A stretch of 60,037 nucleotides of DNA. Source: a virus. Taxonomy: Duplodnaviria; Caudoviricetes. Positions within the stretch are counted from its first letter, which is position 1. Each line of letters starts with the position of its first letter. Both the position numbers and the translations under genes were made by a program. A model generated the notes under the pieces. The model searched no databases. It saw only the letters and a list, made by a program, of their open reading frames with translations, and was not told the DNA's origin. The DNA lies in IMG/VR virus record IMGVR_UViG_3300023178_004792, positions 1 through 60,037 of that record; one strand, given 5' to 3'. Shown here in pieces: positions 29,187 to 37,864 of the stretch.

Positions 29187-29717
29187 TTATGAGTCAACCT
29201 TGATCCCCAACATCCTAAAATGATCCTCTAAGGTATATTGTACTAGGTCTATCTCTTTACCATCAACACTTATGATCTTTTTGTCAAATCCTGCATTAAC
29301 ATACCTCCTGAACGGATACTTCCAGTTTCCTGACTGTTGCCAATCGGATTCAAGGACGTGTTTATCAGCATCACTGATCATGCACAACGGCATCTGCAGG
29401 CACATCTCCGCTGTGATCTTGTCGTGCAGGTATGCGTTGATGATTTTGTTCTGCGGTATCACGTGTTCCAAATGTTGTTTACCCTCGAGGTCGTCAGCAC
29501 GGTAATGATATCCCATGGGAGCCAACTGTTTCTGCATCGACCTGATGTAGAGAGTCAAAGATGTTTTGATGTGCTTCTTAGTGGCCTGACTCCAAGTGTC
29601 ACGGAACAGGTCCGCCTTCATCTCGTCGATGTATTTGGCCAGTTCTGTCACTCCCGGTCTGGTCTTGCTTTTAAAAGTGATCTCTGGCAGGTTGTTAAGG
29701 CTTTGGTAGTCTATCAT
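29187..29717 (-). CDS. HNH-like protein
   Basis: HLEHVIP...PFRRY motif resembles HNH/DUF1524-type nucleases. Confidence 0.45.
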   Translation of the reverse strand: MIDYQSLNNLPEITFKSKTRPGVTELAKYIDEMKADLFRDTWSQATKKHIKTSLTLYIRSMQKQLAPMGYHYRADDLEGKQHLEHVIPQNKIINAYLHDKITAEMCLQMPLCMISDADKHVLESDWQQSGNWKYPFRRYVNAGFDKKIISVDGKEIDLVQYTLEDHFRMLGIKVDS

Positions 29718-29889
29718 GAAACTGCTCCCTCGTTATGTTTGGCATCCATTCCAACTCCACCGCATCCGCTCCTTGGTCGTACTGCTCCTGCACTGACTCC
29801 TCTATGAGGTCCTGCGGCAGGCACAACCACCAAGTTTCTGTTTTATCCGACTTGGTGACCAGCATTTTGTAGGTCTGTTCCTTATCCAT
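29695..29889 (-). CDS. Hypothetical protein
   Basis: Overlaps both neighbours. Confidence 0.55.
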   Translation of the reverse strand: MDKEQTYKMLVTKSDKTETWWLCLPQDLIEESVQEQYDQGADAVELEWMPNITREQFHDRLPKP

Positions 29890-30961
29890 TGATGTATTTC
29901 TTAAATGCAGTCTGCGCCTCAGACTCGGGTGATATGTTGTTATTTTTCAATCCCACCTGCACTTGTTGTATGAAACTTGGCTCGAAACCTTCCGGCACCT
30001 CAAGTTCATATATCTCTTTCAGTATGTGTGCCATTGCCACCGGTGCGTCCCAACCTGTACCATTGGCGTGTTGCCATTGCCTTTTACTGGCGGTGTGTAT
30101 CAGTGTGGCACTAGCACACACACTCTTTGTGGCCACCAACAACTGCTTCATCCAGTCCGCCGGCAATCTGTGCAACCTGCCCGCTGACAACTCATACTGC
30201 TTCATCAGTCCTATGAATATGCCCTGGTTGATCTCTCCTCCCGGCTCATCTGGAAAAACCTCTTTTATGGCCTGTAAGGCATTGGTCAGGCCTTGTTTGC
30301 CCGCCATCTTCATGCCCTTATAGGCGTAGTCGAAGTGCGAGAAGTAATGTTCGTTTGGACCTTTCTTGTTGGCACTGCTCCTTACCCTCTTGGGCTCTAG
30401 GTCGATGCCCACTTGGTCAAATGCGTCCTGCACCTGTCTTGCAATCCAGGGTCTGCTGTCAACTTCCTCTTCACCCATCTTATATCTGTGTAATAGCACC
30501 CTGTGGATCTCTTCGGTGCCTGCTCTAAGTATTCCAGTATCATTCACGATCTCAAACGCAATGGCGTCAAATGCCGGTTCATCTGTTTCCACGATAGTAA
30601 CAGGTATGCTTTTGAAACCCAACAGTGCAAGGCTCACCGCCCTGTGCTGTCCATCAAAAATGTAAAGTGTCTTGCTGTCAGACCTCCTCACAGCGGATAC
30701 AGGACAACACACACGTGGATCGAACTTCCTCATGATGTTCATCACGTGTCCTGCCCTCACGTCTCTCTGTACGGAGTAGTTGAATGAGAAGTCCTCTAAC
30801 GGGTGTGCCTCAGTGCCCAGTGGCAAAGTGAATCCTTCGTCCAACTTGTTTTTTAGATTAATTTTTGCTTCTTCGTACCTTTTAGACCAGTTTGGTACAT
30901 CTTCTGGTGCTTCTCTTCTTACTTCATCAACGACGTCGAGGAGCGTTCTTACATTTTGCAT
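29882..30961 (-). CDS. ParB/Srx-fold DGQHR-motif protein
   Basis: YSVQRD...LYIFDGQHRAV; GGAG SD. Confidence 0.75.
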   Translation of the reverse strand: MQNVRTLLDVVDEVRREAPEDVPNWSKRYEEAKINLKNKLDEGFTLPLGTEAHPLEDFSFNYSVQRDVRAGHVMNIMRKFDPRVCCPVSAVRRSDSKTLYIFDGQHRAVSLALLGFKSIPVTIVETDEPAFDAIAFEIVNDTGILRAGTEEIHRVLLHRYKMGEEEVDSRPWIARQVQDAFDQVGIDLEPKRVRSSANKKGPNEHYFSHFDYAYKGMKMAGKQGLTNALQAIKEVFPDEPGGEINQGIFIGLMKQYELSAGRLHRLPADWMKQLLVATKSVCASATLIHTASKRQWQHANGTGWDAPVAMAHILKEIYELEVPEGFEPSFIQQVQVGLKNNNISPESEAQTAFKKYING

Positions 30962-31060
30962 ATATTCTCCAATTAGTTAATATGTTGTATTTCAAGATAG
31001 TGCCAACAATAGGCGATTTCTAAAAATACAAGTGTATTATAGCACGAAAGCGTTATTTTG

Positions 31061-31348
31061 TCAACGTAGGCGTTTCTTGCCCAGAAGATCTCTCACGGTG
31101 TCTTTGCAGGCATCGTGCCAGTACTTGCCTGATTCTCGCAGGGCATCATTGGCGTGTCTTAATCTTTCTATTATCTTTTCCACTTGTTTGTGCTTGGCCT
31201 TTGTGAGGGGTCTGCCCTTGGCCTGTGCCTTGTCAATGATGTCAAGGACCCGGTCTATGTCTGGACAGGTGATATCCGGAACCTTGGGTGCTTTCTTGCG
31301 TATCTTGGACCAATAATTAGTCCGCTTTTGTGCTGATTGAAACAACAT
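31061..31348 (-). CDS. Hypothetical protein
   Basis: GGGAGGA SD; TCPDID...LRESGKYW. Confidence 0.65.
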   Translation of the reverse strand: MLFQSAQKRTNYWSKIRKKAPKVPDITCPDIDRVLDIIDKAQAKGRPLTKAKHKQVEKIIERLRHANDALRESGKYWHDACKDTVRDLLGKKRLR

Positions 31349-31396
31349 ATCCTCCCCTTGACAAAAATATTTAACGGCTTGAAATGTAAAGTTATG

Positions 31397-31597
31397 TTAG
31401 TGCTTTGTGATTACCCACGCACGATGATAGAAGTCATCGATATTGCGTTGTATCAGCGACTTGGCCATGTCATTGGCCTGTTGTTCCGTTGGATATGGAC
31501 CATGCTCTTTTTCAGTCTCGTGATCTAAGGTGTTCTGGTCGTTGGGATTGGTGTGAGTGCCCTCTACTACCCAGTATCTGTTTGTCGTCTTGCCCAT
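31397..31597 (-). CDS. DUF4170-like small protein
   Basis: YWVVEG...EHGPY...A...DDFYHRAWV resembles the alphaproteobacterial DUF4170 pattern. Confidence 0.45.
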   Translation of the reverse strand: MGKTTNRYWVVEGTHTNPNDQNTLDHETEKEHGPYPTEQQANDMAKSLIQRNIDDFYHRAWVITKH

Positions 31598-31836
31598 GCT
31601 ATAATAAAGTGATTGCTCCGTAAATGAAGATCAATGTGTAGATTACGATAATCCCCCACATTGTCTTGGTCATTTGATCCCGTGTCTCTTCGCGTGTTTC
31701 ACACGCCCTTTTTTCATGCCCAGATAGTACTCTCCTGGCTCGTAATCCCAAACCTTGCCGTGGTGCCCTCGTGCATCTGCCCAGGCCATTCTAAGTTTTA
31801 CCAGTAATTTTACTAACGGATTGTGACTTACTCTCA

Positions 31837-32040
31837 TTATCTTCCCAACTTCTTCTTTCTACCTAGTGGTAATTTTTGGTCTTTGACGAAAACTTCTCCT
31901 GCCTTCGTCGTCCACTCGATAGTTATCATCTTCGCCTTAGAACTGCCCTGATATGATTTCACGGCCTTCTTGAAAGATAGTGCTTCAACTTCCTTGGTCT
32001 CTGTTCCTTCTGTGATTTTGAATATTCTATTTTTTGGCAT
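31837..32040 (-). CDS. Small basic hypothetical protein
   Basis: MPKNRIFK... divergently oriented from the tmRNA. Confidence 0.6.
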   Translation of the reverse strand: MPKNRIFKITEGTETKEVEALSFKKAVKSYQGSSKAKMITIEWTTKAGEVFVKDQKLPLGRKKKLGR

Positions 32041-32091
32041 ATACATTAATTTAGCACAAGATTGACAAACTGTCAAGCCTATGCTTAAATA

Positions 32092-32393
32092 GAAGTAAGT
32101 TTGCTGACTGATAATCAATAAACGGGCAAGACAGGAGTTCGACTCTCCTCACCTCCACCAACTTATTACTTGGTGGCTTATGTAATCCCTTTCGGGGGTG
32201 TACTGGTATCGATTGACGTCTAAACTTGTCACGAGAACTTGGTGATGGCACTGACCTATACAGGCCGTTTTTAAATGCAAACAAAAAAGCATTAGGGTTT
32301 GCTGACCTAACAGTCGGTATGCCTGCATTGAGATTAGCGGCGTAATAACTGTCTGATTTCGGGGTTTGGCCCACCTGGCAACAGAACGGGCCA
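32092..32393 (+). ncRNA. ssrA: Circularly permuted two-piece tmRNA
   Basis: Acceptor piece ends GGAGTTCGACTCTCCTCACCTCCACCA (32160). Coding piece begins GGGGGTG (32194), giving a G3-U70 pair. Tag ORF 32277-32345 encodes ANKKALGFADLTVGMPALRLAA*. Alpha-type CTGGCAACAGAA 3' element; TTGACA at 32062. Confidence 0.93.
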
Positions 32394-32404
32394 TAAAGGG
32401 ATCT

Positions 32405-32614
32405 ATGTGGAAAATCATGATGGTGCTGTGTGTACTGAACAATGGTGTGCCTGAGTGCACCACCTACTATGAGACTAACAAGCGGACATTCGCAACCGAA
32501 GAACTCTGCCTCGAGGGTGCCGCGACCAAGTTTGACGAAGTTTACAATGGATTTAACAAAATGAACATACCCTACACACGTATAGAAATAGGCTGTGAGC
32601 AGAAAAAAGATTAA
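32405..32614 (+). CDS. Small secreted Cys-containing protein
   Basis: MWKIMMVLC start; four Cys. Confidence 0.6.
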   Translation: MWKIMMVLCVLNNGVPECTTYYETNKRTFATEELCLEGAATKFDEVYNGFNKMNIPYTRIEIGCEQKKD

Positions 32615-33846
32615 CTGTTTGTATTTGCTGATTGGTTCAGGTCTATTAGCCTGGCAATTTTTTCCTTGTCTTCTGTGTTCATGTTGTCCAACAAAGATTC
32701 ACTCTGGAAATATATCGATCTGTTGACTGTGTCGATGTTAAGTTGCTGACAGCTCTTGGTGATCACCTGCTCGTCTGTGAGTGTGTCAAACCCCGCAGTG
32801 TCTATCCTGTTATCACGTTTTGCTTTTGCGGCTACCGCCGATAGGTCAATAGAATCCAGAACGTCGGGAAGTCCTGCGTCTGCATAAATCTTATCTATCA
32901 ATGGGGCCTTGGCTGAATCTTCTATGGTATTGTACACAGGGTTAATACTTTCTATGTTTTCTTCATAATCTGTGAAATATGTTTTCCATGCGGTGTTTCT
33001 TGCGATTCTCTGGAACAATGTTCTCACGTCTGTGTCAGCGGCAAGTCCTGAGTATTGCAGGGAGTTTGATAAAGTTTTTAGGTAAGTTTCTAGAGAAGTA
33101 ATGTTACTGTTCTCTAGATTCAGTTGTGTAGTGATTTCTTGTTCAGCGTCACTGAGCAAATTGCGTTTTGACAGGTTTGGTTCCGAATTCAATGCATTGT
33201 TGAAATTAGTGTGGGCCGTTGCCACAGCAGTACCAAAGTTATCCAGCGTCTGTTGGAAGTCCGTGCTGTCTGCCCTCACGCTGTCAATAAAATTTTTTAG
33301 ATTATCATAGGCAGTTTCTAGATCTGTTTCAGAGGATAGGTTGGCATCAACTATGAACTGTATAGCAGACCTCATCCTATCAAATACAGGTTCACTGCTA
33401 TCTTCTGTGGTCTGGAACTTCCTGTTCAAAGTGCCAAAATGATCATCCAAATCTCTATTCTTGTTGGAAGCCGATATACCATACAACTGAGGTATCAGTG
33501 TCTTGACGGAAAGCGCCTGCGAAACTAACTCTATGAAAGTAGTAGGATCTGGATTTGGCAATCCACTGTCATCTGGCACTATAGATCCGTCCAGCACAGA
33601 AGTCGTGTGCCTTATGATGTCCCCTATGATCCTGCCCACATTAAGATATTGCACATTGTTAATTGCATCTTTGAGATCATTCTTCTGTGATGTGGAGAGC
33701 ACTTCGTTGTCAGCGATTGTCTGGTCTAGTTGGAAACTTTTGATTACCCACCCGATCTTAAGGGCATCGGTGGCGTTCTCCAGTTCCTGATTACTGAATT
33801 CTGGGTCTTGATCAGCGGCTGTGGCCAGTCCTTTTTTTACAGTCAT
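32611..33846 (-). CDS. Hypothetical protein, probably baseplate/virion associated
   Basis: 411 aa immediately downstream of PAAR. Confidence 0.6.
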   Translation of the reverse strand: MTVKKGLATAADQDPEFSNQELENATDALKIGWVIKSFQLDQTIADNEVLSTSQKNDLKDAINNVQYLNVGRIIGDIIRHTTSVLDGSIVPDDSGLPNPDPTTFIELVSQALSVKTLIPQLYGISASNKNRDLDDHFGTLNRKFQTTEDSSEPVFDRMRSAIQFIVDANLSSETDLETAYDNLKNFIDSVRADSTDFQQTLDNFGTAVATAHTNFNNALNSEPNLSKRNLLSDAEQEITTQLNLENSNITSLETYLKTLSNSLQYSGLAADTDVRTLFQRIARNTAWKTYFTDYEENIESINPVYNTIEDSAKAPLIDKIYADAGLPDVLDSIDLSAVAAKAKRDNRIDTAGFDTLTDEQVITKSCQQLNIDTVNRSIYFQSESLLDNMNTEDKEKIARLIDLNQSANTNS

Positions 33847-33849
33847 CTG

Positions 33850-34155
33850 TTATCCTCCTGCAAACACGTCGGGCGAGCCTTGGATCATTGCTCCCATGTC
33901 TGTGCTGTCACCTACTCTGGCAACAGGCACACCCTGAGCAAACACCGTGCTTGAGCCAACATTGATTACTGCACCAATATGAGGGCCACACCTTAGACCT
34001 TTCAAGATATTGTGCGGCTGACAAGGATCTCCTGTCCTGGCAATTGGTTCGAAGCCATTGACGAAAACTGAATTCGCCGTGGCTATTATTCCTATCTTCC
34101 TGGTACAAGTGTGTCCTGTAACACATAGGTCGTTGTTTCTTGATATCTGTGGCAT
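33850..34155 (-). CDS. PAAR-domain spike tip protein
   Basis: PIARTGD and PVARVGD repeats; GSPDVFAG. Confidence 0.93.
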   Translation of the reverse strand: MPQISRNNDLCVTGHTCTRKIGIIATANSVFVNGFEPIARTGDPCQPHNILKGLRCGPHIGAVINVGSSTVFAQGVPVARVGDSTDMGAMIQGSPDVFAGG

Positions 34156-34190
34156 CGTGTGAGTATTTATGGACCGGGAAAAGCGTGGTA

Positions 34191-35291
34191 TTATAACTTA
34201 AATTTAGAGAACTGACCTTTTTTGACGTCCTGCTTGATGCCACCAACGATGTAACTTTCTACCTCTGTCTCCTGCGGTGCCACCTGCATGCCTTTGCTTG
34301 ACAGCCAGTGCTGTGTCCATGGCAGTGGGTTGGTGCCCGCTGGTTGGTCATATAGTGCATCATAACCGAGTGCCTTCAATCTCTTGTTGGCAGTCCACTC
34401 AACGTAGTTGCCCAAAAGTTTCTCGTTAAGTCCTATTATTGAACCATCCTTGAACAGATATTTTGACCAGGCCTTCTCTTCTTCGACCACGGATTTGAAC
34501 ATCTTTATGACTTCTGAATCACACTCCTTGATGATCGCTTTCATCTCCTTGTCGTCGCCCGCCATCCAGTTCTTGAGGATGTGCGTTGATATCGCCAGGT
34601 GCTGTGATTCGTCCCTCGCAATCAGTGAAAGTATCTTGGCTGAACCTTCCATCAGTTTCAGCTCACCGAACGCGAACGTACATGCGAACGAAACATAGAA
34701 ACGTAATCCTTCCAACAGGTTCACGTTGACCATCGCTAAAAATAATTTCTTCTTCAACACCTTGGTAGAACCCTTGCCATTCACGTCCCACTGCTTGGCG
34801 TACTCTATGAAGTCATCGTAGTGCTTTGTGACCGAGGTCGCTCTCTTTAATATCTGCTCATCGTCCACTATGGTGTCGAACACCTCACTTGGATCTGGGT
34901 ATATGTTCTTGATGATATGCGTGTAAGATCTAGAGTGTATGGTCTCAAAGAAGTCCCATGTCACTATGCAACTCTCTAGTTCTGGCAATGAAACGTATGG
35001 CAGGAACGCAATCACAGGTCCTCTGCCTTGTACACTGTCCAAAAGTGTTTGGTACTTCAAGTTTGACGTGAATATGTGTTTCTGCTCCGGTCTGAAGTTT
35101 TGGAAATCTGCCCTGTCCTTCTGGAGTGAAACCTCTTCAGGTCTCCAGAAGTAGCCCAACTGCGTCTGTGTCAGTTTGTCAAACACAGGATACTTGTACA
35201 CGTCGAACCTCTGTGTATTCTGGTCCTCACCAAAGAACATTGGTTGTTTAGTAAAGTCAACTTTCTCCTGGTTAAAAACTGTCTTGCTCAT
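34191..35291 (-). CDS. nrdB: Ribonucleotide reductase class Ia beta subunit
   Basis: FWRPEEV, ETIHSRSY, EGLRFYVSF, RDESQH, VAPQETE. Confidence 0.97.
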   Translation of the reverse strand: MSKTVFNQEKVDFTKQPMFFGEDQNTQRFDVYKYPVFDKLTQTQLGYFWRPEEVSLQKDRADFQNFRPEQKHIFTSNLKYQTLLDSVQGRGPVIAFLPYVSLPELESCIVTWDFFETIHSRSYTHIIKNIYPDPSEVFDTIVDDEQILKRATSVTKHYDDFIEYAKQWDVNGKGSTKVLKKKLFLAMVNVNLLEGLRFYVSFACTFAFGELKLMEGSAKILSLIARDESQHLAISTHILKNWMAGDDKEMKAIIKECDSEVIKMFKSVVEEEKAWSKYLFKDGSIIGLNEKLLGNYVEWTANKRLKALGYDALYDQPAGTNPLPWTQHWLSSKGMQVAPQETEVESYIVGGIKQDVKKGQFSKFKL

Positions 35292-35307
35292 CTATATCTC
35301 GTTGTTG

Positions 35308-37662
35308 TTAAATTGTACAGGCCTCGCACTCGCCGTCGTCAGTGGCTGTACTTATTCCTTCTTGTAAATTTTCCGGTTCTAGGATCACGTCCTCGCCCTC
35401 GTCATCCTCAACTGCACCAATGCCCGCAGGTTGTAGGTCTTCTTCCTCACCTTTGAAGTCATACGTGTTCTGGTAGTATGAGGTCTTCCAACCGTACTTG
35501 TACGCCATCAACATGTCCTGCGCCATCGCTGACAGCGGAACCTCGTTGTTCTCGTAATGTAGTGGGTTGTAACTCCAGTTGCCTGATATGGCCTGGTCGA
35601 AGTACTTCTGCATCATGGCCACAACATTTATGTAACCCGAGTTGTCTGGCATGTCCCACAACAGAGTGTAGTCGTTCTTCAGTTTTGGGAAGCCGGGTGC
35701 TATCTGTTTCAGTGGACCCTTCTTGCTCTTCTTGATCTGTAGCATGGCCCTTGGTGGTTCGATACCGTTGGTCTCGTTACTGACAACGGAAGAACTTTCC
35801 GAGGGCATCTGCGCAGACAGTGTGCTGTGTCTCAATCCATACTTGGCGATGTCTTTCCTTAGACTTTCCCATGCCATGCGTTGTTTGTGTGGCACGATCT
35901 CGTCGATCTCTTTCTTGTAGTGATCGATCGGCAGTAAGCCGTCCGCATATTTTGTTCTTTCGAAACCTTCACACTTGCCTTTCTCTTTGGCGATGTCATT
36001 ACTCGCTTTTAGTAGATAGAACTGAAATGCTTCTGTAAGTCTGTCCACCAACTCCCAAGCACCCTTCTCGTTGTACTTGACACCATTCTTGGCCAGGTAG
36101 TGTGCAAGTCCGATGTAGCCTATTCCAAGACTTCTTCTTGCCTTCGTGGATACCTCGGCCGCTTTCACGGGATAGTCCTGGTAGTCTATGATCTGTTCCA
36201 GTGCCCTAACGCTCAAGTCACAAAGGTTCTCTAACTCGTTCACATCATTCAACTGTCCCACATTGATCGCTGATAGAATACAAAGTGCTATCTCACCTTG
36301 GTCATCATACAGGTCCTGTATGGGTGTGGTTGGCAGTGTAATCTCCTGGCAGAGGTTACTCATTGACACCTTGTCTTTGAAACTGCTGTGTGAATTACAA
36401 TGGTCCAAGTTCATGATGTAGATCCTGCCTGTCTCTGCCCTCTCTTTTAATAGGTCAAAGAATAGATCCTGTGCTGGTATGGTTTTCTTGGGGATTGTTT
36501 TGTCTGCTTCGTATTTCAGATACAGGTCATCAAATTCCTCAGTACCAAACGCTTCATAGAGTCCTGGAGCCATGTGTGGAGAGATAAGACTGATGTCTTC
36601 TTCGTTCATGAATCTCTCATAGAACAGTTTACTGATCTGTATGGAGTAGTCCATACGCCTCACTCTGTTGTCCTCTGTGCCCTTGTTGTTTTTAAGAACT
36701 AGGATGTCTTCTATCTCAGGATGCCATATAGGGAAGTGTACGGTTGCGTTTCCACCACGCACACCATTCTGTGTGCAACATCTCACGGTTGCCTCGAATT
36801 TTTTTAGGAACGGAATGACTCCTGTGTGTTGTACCTCCCCTCCCCTTATCTTAGAGTTGATGCCTCTGATACGTCCTGCGTTGATTCCTATCCCCGCCCT
36901 ACGTGCCACATAAAGACCAATAGCCATATCGGAACTAAAAATGCTAGGAAGAGTGTCGTCAGTGTCAACGAGTACACAACTAGCAAACTGCCGTATAGGA
37001 GTTCTAACACCAGCCATGACAGGCGTCGGAATGTTGATCTTGTGTTGGCTGATCGCGTCATAGTATTTCTTAACATACTGCATCCTTGTTTTCTCAGGAT
37101 AGTCAGCGAACAGTGTGGCCGAGATCATCATGTACATGTCCTGCGGCGTCTCGTACAGTTGTCCTGTGCTTCTGTCCTGCACCAGGTACTTGTCACATAT
37201 CTGTCTCAACCCCGCATACGTGAACTTGAGATCTCTGTCTCTCCTTATCCATGTGTTTAATTTTTTTATCTCTGTCTTGTTGTATTTCTCTACGATGCCT
37301 CTGTCATACACTCCCAACTTGATGTTTCTCAGTATCAGTTTCAGCAATGGAATGTATTCATACTGTCCGTGTGCTTCCTTCCTCACGTCATATGAGAGAA
37401 GTCTCGCCGCGGCGTACTGGTAGTTTGGAGTATCGAGTGTTATAAGATCATTGGCAGAACGCACAAGAACGTTTTGAATGTCCTTGGTAGTCATGCCATC
37501 ATAGAATTGTATGTTGGCGTTCATCTCGATAAGAGAACTAGACACACCAGACAGACCCTCACAGGCCTCCTCAACGACGAAATGAATCTTGTTGATGTCC
37601 AATGGCTCTAGCCTCCCATCTCGTTTCTGAACTTGAATCAAAGATGAGTTTGTGTTTGGCAT
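35308..37662 (-). CDS. nrdA: Ribonucleotide reductase class Ia alpha subunit (ATP cone)
   Basis: VQKRDG ATP cone, FASCVL, SNLCQEI, terminal CEAC; start 37662 or 37710. Confidence 0.97.
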   Translation of the reverse strand: MPNTNSSLIQVQKRDGRLEPLDINKIHFVVEEACEGLSGVSSSLIEMNANIQFYDGMTTKDIQNVLVRSANDLITLDTPNYQYAAARLLSYDVRKEAHGQYEYIPLLKLILRNIKLGVYDRGIVEKYNKTEIKKLNTWIRRDRDLKFTYAGLRQICDKYLVQDRSTGQLYETPQDMYMMISATLFADYPEKTRMQYVKKYYDAISQHKINIPTPVMAGVRTPIRQFASCVLVDTDDTLPSIFSSDMAIGLYVARRAGIGINAGRIRGINSKIRGGEVQHTGVIPFLKKFEATVRCCTQNGVRGGNATVHFPIWHPEIEDILVLKNNKGTEDNRVRRMDYSIQISKLFYERFMNEEDISLISPHMAPGLYEAFGTEEFDDLYLKYEADKTIPKKTIPAQDLFFDLLKERAETGRIYIMNLDHCNSHSSFKDKVSMSNLCQEITLPTTPIQDLYDDQGEIALCILSAINVGQLNDVNELENLCDLSVRALEQIIDYQDYPVKAAEVSTKARRSLGIGYIGLAHYLAKNGVKYNEKGAWELVDRLTEAFQFYLLKASNDIAKEKGKCEGFERTKYADGLLPIDHYKKEIDEIVPHKQRMAWESLRKDIAKYGLRHSTLSAQMPSESSSVVSNETNGIEPPRAMLQIKKSKKGPLKQIAPGFPKLKNDYTLLWDMPDNSGYINVVAMMQKYFDQAISGNWSYNPLHYENNEVPLSAMAQDMLMAYKYGWKTSYYQNTYDFKGEEEDLQPAGIGAVEDDEGEDVILEPENLQEGISTATDDGECEACTI

Positions 37663-37864
37663 TAATGTTTTATAATTTTTTGTTTTGATTTTTGTTTTTG
37701 TTGTATCCATATTTATCTAAATTCAGTTTATATACTTTTTTGTTGTTTTTCTGGTTGCTTCATACGATAATAATCACAACGTCGTTTTGTGTTTTTTATT
37801 ATGTACTAATATTAAAATAAAAAAAGTTTTTTGTCTATAGAAATCTAGATTACAACCAAAGGTA

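Noticed and set aside
32125-32160. tRNA-like T-arm and CCA end suggesting a tRNA gene or att site
   Set aside because: Explained as the acceptor piece of the permuted tmRNA; no anticodon arm and no integrase nearby
32051-32463. Minus-strand ORFs 32051-32374 and 32149-32463
   Set aside because: Antisense to the tmRNA, with no protein motifs
34191-37710. Introns or inteins in nrdA/nrdB
   Set aside because: Both ORFs are continuous and of normal length
37711-37864. AT-rich gap upstream of nrdA as an NrdR box or origin
   Set aside because: No convincing NrdR palindrome or iterons by eye
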